Shown: piece by piece, positions 24,518 through 36,493 of the stretch
Numbering within the stretch: the stretch's first letter is position 1
Layout of the letters: every line of letters begins with the position of its first letter
Source of the DNA: Neoconidiobolus thromboides FSU 785
Taxonomy: Eukaryota > Fungi > Entomophthoromycota
DNA: 43,597 bases
NCBI GenBank assembly: GCA_025603075.1
Contig: MU626423.1
Location: 1 to 43,597, forward strand
Direction: 5' to 3'
Translations under genes and position numbers: made by a program
The notes under the pieces: generated by a model
Told to the model about the DNA's origin: nothing
What the model saw: the letters and a program-made list of their open reading frames with translations, nothing else
Databases searched by the model: none

Positions 24518-26610
24518 ATGAATGAAACGTATCGACGCTCATATTTTATATTTTTATTTATTTTGTATGTATTTTTAAATGTTCAAATGATGAATAATAC
24601 ACCATCTGAAAGAGATAACGATTTACATAAAAAAAGAATAAACTTTATCAATGGTACTATTACAAACTCAACATTTGATTCAACAGATTTTGGTTTACCT
24701 GAAGGATTAAAGAAATTTCAAAAAGTGATATTTGATGAAGAGTTAATTAAGAATTCAGAGGGCAAATTTTACCATGGGCTAAATGTCAGTTTTAAAGCGG
24801 ATTGGAATAAACAACTAGTAGAAAAAATAGACATGAAAAGAACATTACCAAAAACTGAAGAAGATCCAAATAATAATAACACAGATACAAGTAAATGGCG
24901 ACAAGGTATGAATGCTTCTGATACTGGGTACTTTAATTTCCAGTTACGTTCAAAACCTACTAAGTTTGATAAACACTTAACAAAAGACATTAAATTTTTA
25001 CAAGGGTATATTAATGTTTATACTGATATTGCACAATCCAACTCGTATACTTTTTTGATGGAAGGCTTCCATTTTCTGAAAAATGGCTCCGCTTATTTAC
25101 ATGGGTATTCATCAATCAATAATTATAATCCAATTAATGTGATGAAGCTGTTGCCTGATGAAGACACATTTAATACTGTAAAGAAATTTTATAATGAAAG
25201 TTATATAGATAGAATTTCTGTTTATGAAGATATTGGGCAAGATTTCTTCGAAAGTAGTAATTCAACATGTTATTTAGAAATGTTATTACAAATTAAACCA
25301 TTTGATAAAAAATATTCATTAGATCAAATATCAAGTTTAGAACAAGAATTAAAAGATCCAAAAGGTTTGCCAACGATACCATCTATTCCAGTCCATACAA
25401 ATTTTTTTATGTATTCCCCAAATTGTCCAGAAATTGTATTAACTAGTTATGATACAAAAGGAATTAAAACAGAGCTAGTTACTAATAAACAGACGAACTA
25501 TGCATTAATGGTAACTGCTTTGGGATTGTTTAGTACTTTACTATATATTAGTCAAATTGAATATACTTCTACAGCCTCAATGATATCTAAGTTATCTTGG
25601 TGGAGTTTTGTATTTTTTACCATTATTGATGGTTACTTTTGTTTAACTCATCTTACTGGAGCTGTTTTATTCCGTCCTGTTCGAGGCCTGTTCCTGGCTG
25701 CTGCATTTTTTTACTTTATACAAGTAGCCTTTTTTGAATTAAGATATTTGCAAATGATCTTGAAGATACAACGTCCTGAAAGTTCTAGATTAAGACAACA
25801 TCAAGAAGCTGGTTATTTGAATATTCATTTTTATATCTTTATTCTAATTGGTATGTTTATTGTTTATCAAACATTAACTAGTCGAGGTGTATTTCAACAA
25901 ACTATATTAAGGTGTTTCTGTTTTTTTATGTATTCTTTTTGGTTACCACAAATTTGGAGAAATTTAAAAAGAGGTACAAGTAAAGGGTTATCGTTGTCAT
26001 TTATTTTGGGAATCTCTTTGTTTAAATTAGCAATACCATTATATTTATTTGCTTGTCCAAATAATTTGCTAGAAATCAAAGATGCAACAGAAACCAATTA
26101 TTCTTGGGTTTATTATCTTACGTTTTATGTAATTGTACAAATTATTATTTTATTATCCCAAGATATATTTGGTCCAAGATGGTTTACCCCAAGCTTTATT
26201 TTCCCGCCAACTTATAACTATCATCCATTATCATCTGCTGCACCACCACTTGATGAAGAAGCTCCTATTGATCCTTTGGAATCGGATTGTACTATTTGTA
26301 TGCTACCTTTGTTTCCAGAGAATTCAGAGTCAGACTTTAAGAACTCAAAGGGAGCCACATCAAATCCTAATGATCCATTACTGTCTACTAATAATCTAAA
26401 TGTCAATACAACAGCTACCTCAGCTTTAAATAGATTCACTAGTTCAAGAGGTATTATGGTAGCTCCTTGCTTTCATCGTTTTCATACACCTTGTTTGGAG
26501 CAGGTAAGAGTTTATTTTGAATAGTTTGATTTTTTATTAATGATTTCTTTTAGTGGATGCGTATTAAACTTGAATGTCCAGTTTGTCGTGCTCAACTTCC
26601 ACCTATCTAG
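24518..26610 (+). CDS. TUL1: Transmembrane RING-H2 E3 ubiquitin ligase (Tul1/Dsc1 family)
   Basis: Lumenal domain, multi-TM block with SFWLPQIWRN, RING CTIC...CFHRFHTPC; intron 26504-26553 then WMRIKLECPVCRAQLPPI*. Confidence 0.92.
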
Positions 26611-26979
26611 TGGGTTCTTATTTTTTTCAAATAAAAAGCAAAGGAACAAAGATAAATGGTATAATTTAGTTGTATCCATTCGTGTATAATATAAAATAAT
26701 ATTTAATATTTAATATTTAATTTAATTTACATATAGATAGAACAGTTATAATAATAATAATAAACAATGGGACTTAAGTCCTCACTATAACAAAAGAGGA
26801 AAATAAGAGCAAGATTGACTTTACCAAAATCTATCTGCTTTGTGAGTTGCCGATATTCTTTAAACACAAAATAAGACTACTTAGAATTACAGCGCTGTCT
26901 ATATATAAAAAAATATAAGAAATTGATTTAAAAATAATCGAAAGTAAAACAAAAAAAGCAACTTTTTAATCTAAGATAA

Positions 26980-27373
26980 CTAATTGTATAAATACGCTTG
27001 AAATTGCTCTACCTCAAATTTCGTAATATATTTTTTACCAATAATAACGGAACCAACTCGACGAGTGACATCTAATTCAAATACCAATTGTTAGACCCCA
27101 TATAAAAAAAAGCTCTAAGTCTCAAAAAGTAAACTCCTTACCTCCTCTATATTCAGTAGAATAGGCCAAAACTACGTTCCCTTGCTTATCAGCACAAGTA
27201 AATGTACCAATAAAACTTCGACCATCTGTAATAGTTACTTTGGCTAATTTATTCATTTTTTGCTTTAATTTTTGGATATTGCCTGATGGGATAATATTTC
27301 TCTCATTTGATAATGGACCATTGAAGGTGGTAATTGCTTCAACTTCTTGAATATCTGGTAAGCTAAGTTTCAT
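26980..27373 (-). CDS. MAK31: Sm-like NatC auxiliary subunit (Mak31/Naa38 family)
   Basis: KVTITDGRSFIGTFTCADKQGNVVL Sm motif; intron 27072-27141; last exon DVTRRVGSVIIGKKYITKFEVEQ...*; start ATG at 27371-27373 is a best guess. Confidence 0.78.
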
Positions 27374-27549
27374 TAACAAGTCGTTGTTGATGTTAGAAGG
27401 AAAATTAATGGACTTGAGAAAATATTGAATGTGAAACACCTTGGCTATTAATTCATAAGTTTTACTTTTTACACCATTCGATTATATTTTTAGCAAGTTA
27501 AATACTTCAGTACTATTAATAAAATTTTAAGCTTAAAGCTTAAAGCTAA

Positions 27550-27623
27550 GTTTCCGTGGTGTAGTTGGTTATCACATCTGTCTAACACACAGAAGGTCTC
27601 CAGTTCGAATCTGGACGGAAACA
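27550..27623 (+). tRNA. tRNA-Val(AAC)
   Basis: Full cloverleaf: GTTTCCG/CGGAAAC acceptor, TCTGT-CTAACAC-ACAGA anticodon arm, TCCAG-TTCGAAT-CTGGA T arm. Confidence 0.97.
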
Positions 27624-27694
27624 CTTATTTTGATCTCAATCTTTTTCAATCAGGTTTTACAAGTCCAACAATCAGATTCCCTGGCTATTCAAAT

Positions 27695-27790
27695 GGGGAT
27701 ATTTTTTGGTTTCATTACTTTTTCCATTTTTAAGCCCTATTTGAGTGGAAAAATTGTTAATAAAATTCTTAAACACAAAAATACATCCTC
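27695..27790 (-). mobile_element. MITE copy 13
   Basis: GGGGATA...CATCCTC flanked by AAAT/AAAT. Confidence 0.9.
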
Positions 27791-28311
27791 AAATATTGTT
27801 TTTAACTGTTGTCATTTTTTATCAATCCTACTAACTGCTTATTAAGAAAAAAAAATGCCAAGTTCCCGTATTCAAAACAAGTTTTGAAATAATATCTAAT
27901 TACAAAAATTATCACTAAAATGACTATAAGAGAGTTGTAACAGCTTCTCAAACTATTTGTATTCCTTAGTTGTAAAAATGTGCTAGTTTATCTTAATTTA
28001 AATGACTAAGCAATGTTTTATTACTGCAAAATTTTGTTGTTTCTTATAACAAAATATACAATTAAAATATTTCAAATATATATTATGATGGTTAACCAAT
28101 ATAGAATACAAAACATCAATTTTTAATATTGATTATTGAGAAATTAGTGTTTGAAATTAGTTTTTTTAGAATTTAAGAATAATTGTAATTAAAAATTAAG
28201 ATATATAATGTTTTGACATTAAACAAAAAATATAACAAGGCAGTAAGTTGCTTTGTAATTTATTTATTGGTGTATTCACTTTACAAAGTTTATTCGTGAT
28301 GACTGTATCAT

Positions 28312-29561
28312 TTAAATAGGCTTATAATCTGGAAGATCATTTAAGAGTTGAATGAATTGTTTATAATTAGGTTCAAGTTCTCTTAAATGAGTAATGTTCA
28401 TATTTTTCATAATATATATTTTTTAACATTGGTTCAACAAAAGGTATAATTTTCTCTTGATTGGAACGAGATTTAAAAACAGTAATTAAACCATTAAAAG
28501 TAGATTTAGTATATGTACTAATCTGCTCAAGAACTACCCTAAGGCTAAAAAGCTGAGAACTAAGTACAAGAACAAATCTTAATGTTGTTTCAATGCCTTT
28601 AGTATCTGCACCATGTCTTCTGTATTCATAACGACAACCATCAACCTTTGTGTTAAAGGTAGATGTTACTGTTACATTAAGCCTATCAAGCTCATCATCC
28701 TTACTATACTACCTATTCCGCCTTAATCTACTATAGTTATTTACTAGTCTAGGACTATGCAACTATTACTCACGTCATAAGAGATCAATAGAAGTATGAT
28801 ACACATAAAACAATAGATCTTTGGGAGAAAAAGCTCAACTAAATCATCAAAATGACTACCTGTATCAGTATGAATATTATTATGGCGTAAATATTTAGCT
28901 ATATTTTTAAGAGTATCATAATTGTTTAATGATGCTATAATAGTTTCGATAGACTCTGGTGTATAAAATGGGGTTATTTGTCTACTTGCATCATAACCTC
29001 CCTTCAAATAATGCCTTATTAGTGTATTTACCATAAAATTAGCAAAGATGACACTGATTATACAATGTGTACCTTTGTTCCCATTTTTGTCAAAATAACC
29101 ACCACCAACGATAAATAAATTTACTAGATCATTGAAATCGATATACTAGTCCCAACAAAGTAAGATAATACTACTATTAACGAATTGTAAATCTTTTTTA
29201 AATACGGAAAGATATGGGGATGTATTTTTGTGTTTAAGAATTTTACCAACAAATTTTCCGCTTAAATGGTGCTTAAAAAATGGAAAAAATAATGAAAAAA
29301 AACACTCTTATATGCTCGATATCATGGGGAAAAAACAAAATTAAAATGGATCTTATTAAAATAGCTATTATGGAGATTTGACTATTCAGAGAACTTGTTT
29401 CCTTTATCACTATCTAAAATTCTTACGGTGTTAAAGAATCGCTGTCTTTGATCTCTACTTGGTTCTCAAATTATGGGTTTTCTTACTATCAGCTGGCATT
29501 TTCTTAATACCAATTGTACCAAGAGAAGTAAAATGAAAAAGGTGCGTAAAAACAAGCTCAT
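28312..29561 (-). pseudogene. Tyrosinase pseudogene (copy 3), interrupted by MITE copy 14
   Basis: Colinear with the intact gene from ATG (29559-29561) to TAA; frameshifts, TGG>TAG stop, MITE at 29216-29309 inside the CuA-coding region; ORF 28744-29034 is a fragment. Confidence 0.88.
29216..29309 (+). mobile_element. MITE copy 14, inside tyrosinase pseudogene
   Basis: ATAT-GGGGATG...CACTCTT-ATAT; removing the element plus one ATAT restores length colinearity with the intact paralog. Confidence 0.95.
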
Positions 29562-32555
29562 TTTCATTAAATAATTTGCAGTCCTTCAGGTTATTATTTA
29601 TACTTAAATTTTATTAATATATAATAATATTAATCCTAACACAATTGAATTTATACTGCTTTGATCATAAAACCTTCCTTTTATCTAACCCTACCTGAAC
29701 CCAGTTTTTAAATTTGTCCATCTTTATATTAATCATAAGCCTGTCCCAGACTTAAAAACACGTTTTTAGTCATAATTACATATATAATAAAGGCATATAG
29801 TTGAAAGCTATTAAATAAAGAGCTTAAAGGATAGTTTTTATTTAATTGTCTTTATTTTATAGAAAACATGACTAAAAATATATATTTCTAAATCCCTGAA
29901 GCAACTTTTACAGCTAGTGTAGGTAACGATATAATCTTTTCATTTTAAGTTTATAATATACTAACATGACCATATTTTTTTATTTTGGAATTCAAACTAT
30001 AAAAAATTAGAGAATGTAGGATACTGACCATTCTTAAACTAAAATTTACCTAATGAAAAACCTACCTACATCTTAATCCTTGATAAAAATCCTATTTATG
30101 GAGCACAATGAGAAATCAAAAAGAACTCAAAAGTCTTTTAGACTAAAAGCAGTTGAACGAATAAACGAAGTTGAATTGGAACTAGTCGAAATTTTTCCTA
30201 GTATCAGTAGTAATTTATTGCCCTATCTGACCAGTGAGCTTAGTAGTTTGGTAAAAAGCTATTTTATATGGTCAAAGGAATTCTTGATTATTTAAAAAAC
30301 TTGTTATTAAAAAATAGCCTCATTCAATCTCACTGATTTAGTCCGATTGAATATACCTCTTTCAAAATAGGTTATAAATCTCGCTTCTGCATTCGTGTAT
30401 TTCTCTTTCTATAATTAAGAAATAGTCAGTAAGTGATGCATCTAAATAACCATTTGGATTCTTCTCCAGGAAAAGAGTTGTAGATTGTCTTAAATAAAAT
30501 TGATGGAACTAGGCCTTGGGAATTTTTAGCTTGTTTTATCAAGGTTCATTGCCAATTTTTAGATCTAGATAGGATATGATTTACAGTTCCACAGCTAGAA
30601 AATATATTTGTAAAAAAAGGGCTAAGTTTATTGAAATCCATTCTTATACAATTAACATTGAATTTGGTAGAACTTCCGAAAGAGCATAAATAATTAATAT
30701 TTTGATAATAAGGATATCTAACAGATAATAATTAAAAATTATAACCCAAATTCAGAAATCGCGGTTGTACTCACTTTGATTGCAGAGGAACATATATGTA
30801 TATATAATTCCTTTTTAGCTAATATGTATTTGGGACATGAAATAAGGATGGTTGTAATGCTGCATATGATACCTGAAAAAAAGGAAAATGGTATTTATTC
30901 ATTTTTGAAAAACAGAGATGAAGATTCGTTAAAGGAAAAGTTGTGAGAAATTATAAAAAAATTTCATAACGGGGTATCTTAGCATGATCTTCTTTTAATG
31001 CTAAAATATACTAAATTGACCTTCTTTGTCCGTATAAAAAATAAAACAGTTAATCCCCCCATTTGCCTAGATTATGAATTGATAAAATCAAAAGCCTAGA
31101 CCCAAAAAGGGTGTTCAAAAGTACTCATACAACCGCGCAAGTACCATAATTCCTTATATTAGCAATAGAAAATCTTTTGAGTCATTATACTGCCCAAGGC
31201 CATTTCCTTATTATTCTCATGTTTCGCAATGTTATCATACCAAAAGAAGTATATTAGGAAAGAATTTAAACATGCATCCAATCAGTAGGTAGTATTTTAA
31301 TTTGAATAGTATGTTAAAAATGATCAATGAATTAGATCAAGAAATAGATAATTTGCCATTAGATTATAAAAGTTTTCACTTTTTGTCATCAAAGCAGTTA
31401 GATAAATTAAAGTCTTGTGATGTACTCCAACCAGGTGACACCAATTCATTAGGCTCCCATGGTTATTTAATGCTTTTGAGTACTAAAATTTATATCTTTA
31501 AGCCCATCTCGTATATAAATCACCTTCCCATCCCTTATTACACACACGAGTGTGGGATATTGGACTAGAAACAGCTGACAGATTATAGCAGCTATTTTCA
31601 AGACTATTTAATTGTAGTGATTTAAAGGGTAAATGTCCTTAGATAATTATTAATACAAGTATAGATTCAATTCCAACTGTCTATTTCTATTTCCATCTCA
31701 ATGCATTAGAGCAGTTCTATTTTTTTAAATCTCAAAATAAGCCAATTTATAGTAGAGTTCAATGATTGATTTATTGGATTAAAAGAGATGTAAATAAAAC
31801 TTGCTATTTTAAGAAAGTTTATAATCGAATTTATAAAAGAAATCTTCCAAAAGCTGTTTTTTGCAAAAATAAGCTTTAGTAGTATATTAGAATTGATATT
31901 TAATAGCTTTTTATCTTTGATTTTTTGGAAATATGGAATTATTTGCTGTTCGCTGTAATGATCTGAGAGTGTGTTTTTGAAACCTTGAGAAAGGCAAAAC
32001 TCTTAAATATTTTGGTTTCAGAGATAAACTTAAAAGAGATTGGAAGGAAGCAGCTGTATGATTATGACACTGGTAGTATGCAGAAGAGTTAAATAACATA
32101 ATTTTTAGATTAACGGGGGTACCCCAGTTTAAGGGGTGTTGACTTTAGTCTGAGTAAGTTGTATCTGATGCTCCATACTTAGTATTATATGGACTAATAC
32201 ATGAAAACAAACAAAATGAGTCAAAACAACGAGAGTAGGAACACTATCAGCTGAGAGTTTTGTATACCACCAATGGATGGTCCAAAGATCGTAAGAATGT
32301 TTTTTATTTCGATATTTTACTAAAAAAATTCTTTCAGTTTCATACTATATATAAAAAAAGCAATAGAATATAAAACATTCTTATCTATCTTTATTTACAA
32401 GTCGATTGTTTAACAGTTTTACAATATTTGTTAATGTAGTCATATTTTTGACTAAAAAATTCAATTAGTGATTTTTTCATATCTTTATGCTTAAAAAGTT
32501 GACAGTAATAAAACAGGAAAATAGCCTTTTATTTGATTTAAAGAATGGGGTATAT

Positions 32556-32649
32556 GGAGATGTATTTTTGTGCTCAAGAATTTTACTAACAATATTTCCG
32601 CTTAAATAGTGCTTAAAAGATGGAAGTAATGAAGCCAAAAAATAACCCC
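32556..32649 (+). mobile_element. MITE copy 15
   Basis: GGAGATGTATTTTTG...AATAACCCC; flanks ATAT/AATT. Confidence 0.88.
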
Positions 32650-33244
32650 AATTACTATAAAGTTATTACAATTTTATATAATGTTTTTTATTAAATAAGT
32701 TGTAAAAAGCTGTAATTATAATGATTGTGTAGTAAAATATCACTATCATAAAACACAAAAATAAATTTTGAAATTAATCATCAACCATCTGCTATTTTAT
32801 AAAGAATAAAGTTATTTTTAAAGAAAAAAATTAAAATTAGCTAAAACCAGCAGTATAGATTTTAAAAATAAATCAAACTAAGAACAACATCAATAATGCC
32901 AATAATAAAAATAAAGCTATCAAATATTAATAATAATTCAACTTACAATATATTAACATTAACGATCCAAAAAAATGTATCAAGCATTTGAAGAAATATA
33001 ATAATCCTATATCTAGAGTAGCTGTTTTATTGTAAATTGCACTATTAATATTCGAATATTAGATGTTAGCAATAAATAACCTACATGGCCTAGTTTTTTT
33101 TACAAATTACATACATTTATAAGTTAATATTAAAATAAGGTTACAAAAATTCCAAGGATAATGAGTGTACCATAAATATTTTACTTTTTATTAACTAACA
33201 TTGAGCATTACCAGCACGGCTGATATTACTTATTTTAGAACAAT

Positions 33245-34279
33245 TTAAAATCGACAACCTGGGTTACCATCTACGACTTTACATGAAGTAGTAGGTGGAC
33301 ATCCAACGCTATAAAAGGCACCGTAAGAGCAAATTTCAATGCCACTAGTTCCACAACGTAGGGAGCCGTGCTGGCACTTTTCCCCATTGGAAGGTGGAGG
33401 AGTTACTTTGGAAGGTATAGGTTGAGTAGGATACCCAGAAGATGGTAATACTTCAGTTGGGTAAACTGGGACTTGAGATTGAGATTGTGTAGTTTCGCTT
33501 GATGATGGGGCAACTGATGTTGCAGTCGTTTGTACAGGTGGTTGTGAAGTAGAAGTAGTAGTTTCTACTGGTGGTTGAGGTTGAGTTTGAGATGGGGTTT
33601 CAACTGGATAAGCTTGAGAGCTTGATTGGGCTGGTGGATTGACAGGGGCAGAATTACCGGAAGGTGAAATGGTTAACATTGGTTGAGCATCGAATTGATC
33701 TTTACCATAATCATTAGCAAAGCCTTCTGGGAAAGTAGAGTACCCTGGTAGATCAGCTACTAAAGCTTTACGACCAGTAATGCTACCATTATCTTTTCCA
33801 CCTTTAATAGTGATATCAGCACAATTCATATAAAGTTCGCGATTACCAGTTCGATTGATCCAGAACCAAGCAAAGGTAGCTTGACCATTTGGAGCATCTG
33901 CTGGAAGTGGTACATTATAAGTTAAACTATCTAACATACAAGTTCCCATCACAGTTTTTACAACAACAAAATCTTTGTCATTAAAAGATAATGCAAATTG
34001 ACAGTGACCGCCATTATGGTTAGCACCACCGTCAAGTGTAACTGGGATGGATTGGCCTGCCTGGGCGTCATAAGATGATGGACCCTTTCCATAACCACGG
34101 CATGGGTATGGGAATTCAGGCCCAAGTGGAGCAGTGTATGAATAGTCGAATTGGGATTCGGCATAATTTTTGTTATGTTTAGATCTTCTTGGTGGAGGAT
34201 AAGACATTTCCATATGGGATACAACTTGGTGCACAGCTCCAAGTAAGAGTAAAGATAATGAAAAATTTAATGAGACCAT
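33245..34279 (-). CDS. AA11-like lytic polysaccharide monooxygenase with Pro/Ser/Thr linker and C-terminal Cys-rich module
   Basis: Signal peptide followed by His1 (HMEMSYP), GGANHNGGHCQ second His, NRTGNRELYMNCADI with Tyr; low-complexity linker; terminal Cys-rich module resembling chitin-binding modules. Confidence 0.88.
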   Translation of the reverse strand: MVSLNFSLSLLLLGAVHQVVSHMEMSYPPPRRSKHNKNYAESQFDYSYTAPLGPEFPYPCRGYGKGPSSYDAQAGQSIPVTLDGGANHNGGHCQFALSFNDKDFVVVKTVMGTCMLDSLTYNVPLPADAPNGQATFAWFWINRTGNRELYMNCADITIKGGKDNGSITGRKALVADLPGYSTFPEGFANDYGKDQFDAQPMLTISPSGNSAPVNPPAQSSSQAYPVETPSQTQPQPPVETTTSTSQPPVQTTATSVAPSSSETTQSQSQVPVYPTEVLPSSGYPTQPIPSKVTPPPSNGEKCQHGSLRCGTSGIEICSYGAFYSVGCPPTTSCKVVDGNPGCRF

Positions 34280-35257
34280 GATTAATTGTTATATTACAAA
34301 CTTTTACAAGAATTAGATGATATGAGAATAATGTACAAATGCCAAATGCGAAATTTTAGCTAAAGAAATCGATTACCTTTGAATTGGTATTTATACTTTT
34401 TTGAATGGTTTATTAACATCCCTCCAGTTTATTCATCTCAAATTTTTGTGGTTAAACAAGATTGATGTTTTATTAATACATTTTCTATTTTGGTAGCCTT
34501 AACTTGAAATTTTAATAATAATCCCGCTTTTAAAGGGTTGAAATGTTCTATTTACTTAATTTAAATTGAAATACCACTCAATATGAATTACTAAATTTGT
34601 AGTCAGTTTAATTATGATGATTGTGAAAGTACTAGTTAAACTCAAATGTTTACCATCATTGATTATAAAAGAATAAAAGTTTAAGCTTTTTAAATTTAGA
34701 GGAAGTCAAATTTACACTGTGAATAGTGGTGACGACTAAGTCAATGAAGCCATTAATTTTACTACCTCAGTTTTATTCCATTACTAGCTAGTCACTGTGC
34801 TGGGATGGTTTCTTTATTTTGATCTTTAATAAAATACTTTTGAAGTTATTTTTTAATATAGTTCGACTTTCAAAAACCATATCACAATAAAGATGGTTTT
34901 ATTTTACTCACATGCAACTAAATATTATTATACATCATTAAAATGAAGCAAAAAGATCAAATAGTCGAGATTGATTTAGATCATGTTGCCACTGGATGAA
35001 ATTCTTTAAATACTTTTATAGTTTTAAATTAGTTAGTGAAAACATTTTAATATTAACGACTAACTGTTTAATAACTTTCACTACCGTTTTAAAGAAGTGG
35101 GTTAAGTTTTAAAAATGCCAGATTAACTATCTCAAGTAGATCGACACAATCTATTCTTTATTTATGAATACAGTTTAGCCATTTAACATCTAAACTCACT
35201 GTTGGATTGTTATTGCTATTTCTAAAACTTAATTAATTTTCAATTTATAAAATAGTC

Positions 35258-35295
35258 ATTCATTGAGCTTTTTTTTTTATTAAAGCTCAATGAAT
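35258..35295. repeat. Perfect 14-bp inverted repeat with 10-nt spacer
   Basis: ATTCATTGAGCTTT (35258-35271) and AAAGCTCAATGAAT (35282-35295). Confidence 0.9.
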
Positions 35296-36076
35296 ACTAC
35301 TAAGAAAGTAAAATGATATAACAACTTAAATGAATTGGGACATGATATTTTTTTGGAATTTACTTTAATTAGGTATCAAGCAATAAAGAAAAATGCTTTT
35401 ATTGGAGTTGCCTTTTGTCTTCTATAAGTCGGAAAATACACAAAGTCTATAAAAAAATTATTAAAAATTAATAAATTTTAAAAAAACAATATGATATCAT
35501 TTAAGCTCTCATTTCAAAGGTTCTTTAATTAAAACTATTTAAAAATGAAAAAGGAATAATCAACCTAAAGCGCATCTCCATTCACCAGAAAAATATTAGT
35601 TGCAATAAGCATTAACTATTGAGTTATATTTTATTTATTATATTTTATATTGAATTTTTTACTACCCCTTTTCAAAACAAGTTAACAAAAGGTATATTAA
35701 TTTTATGCTCCCTTAATAAATCGCTAACAGATTATTTTAATTTTTGGAGTCAATGCTTCATTTTTAATTAAGGTTTTAAAATGCTTGATAAATAAAAAGG
35801 AGGTAATACAACAAAATAAAATAAAACTACTACTATCACTTATATAATGAAAATACTCTCCTAAACAGCCATTCTTTATTTTCATAAATTTAAAACAAAT
35901 CAGACCCTCTTTGTTTCAAGAAATTCTAGAAACAAAAAAGTTGGCCATATTAAATTAAGCTTTTTATTAAACCCCTCTTGTTCTTTACTATTTCCTAATA
36001 GAAAGGCATTTGCAAACAGTATTTTTATTGCTATTTAATAATTTATGTATATTTTTTGTGCCTTTTACAAAGTAAA

Positions 36077-36149
36077 GGGGATCTAGCTCACTTGGTAGAG
36101 CGCCCGCTTCGCATGCGGGAGGCACCGGGATCGATGCCCGGGTTCTCCA
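36077..36149 (+). tRNA. tRNA-Ala(CGC)
   Basis: GGGGATC/GTTCTCC acceptor, GCTC/GAGC D stem, CCCGC-TTCGCAT-GCGGG anticodon arm, CCGGG-ATCGATG-CCCGG T arm (A54-type loop usual in eukaryotic tRNA-Ala). Confidence 0.95.
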
Positions 36150-36406
36150 AAGCTTTTGGTTTTTAACGTAGAGCTGATGTTTGTATAATTGATCTACTGT
36201 ACTTTTAAGGATTTATGTTTATATCTTTTTAGGGTAGACAAGAAGTCATGTATTAGAAAAAGGTAATGCTTGAAACGTTAGTAGACAGAAAACAATCAGA
36301 GCATGTAAGTCTATCACATTGCTTTAGACTGAATCCAGTCCTGTGGTAAAGCTATTCAAGTTCTCAGCAAAGAAGCTCTTTCACTCTATCACCAAGATCT
36401 TTATAT

Positions 36407-36493
36407 GAGATGTATTTAAGAATTTTACCAACAATATTTCCACTCAAGTAGTGCTTAAAAGATGGAAAAAGTAATGAGATAAAAAAAACACCT
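36407..36493 (+). mobile_element. MITE copy 16 (degenerate, internal deletion)
   Basis: GAGATGTATTTAAGAATTTTACCAACAATATTTCCACTCAAGTAGTGCTTAAAAGATGGAAAAAG; ends approximate. Confidence 0.8.

Noticed and set aside
36060-36068. U5 snRNA loop-like GCCTTTTAC
   Set aside because: It abuts the tRNA-Ala 5' end, with no room for the rest of U5 or an Sm site.
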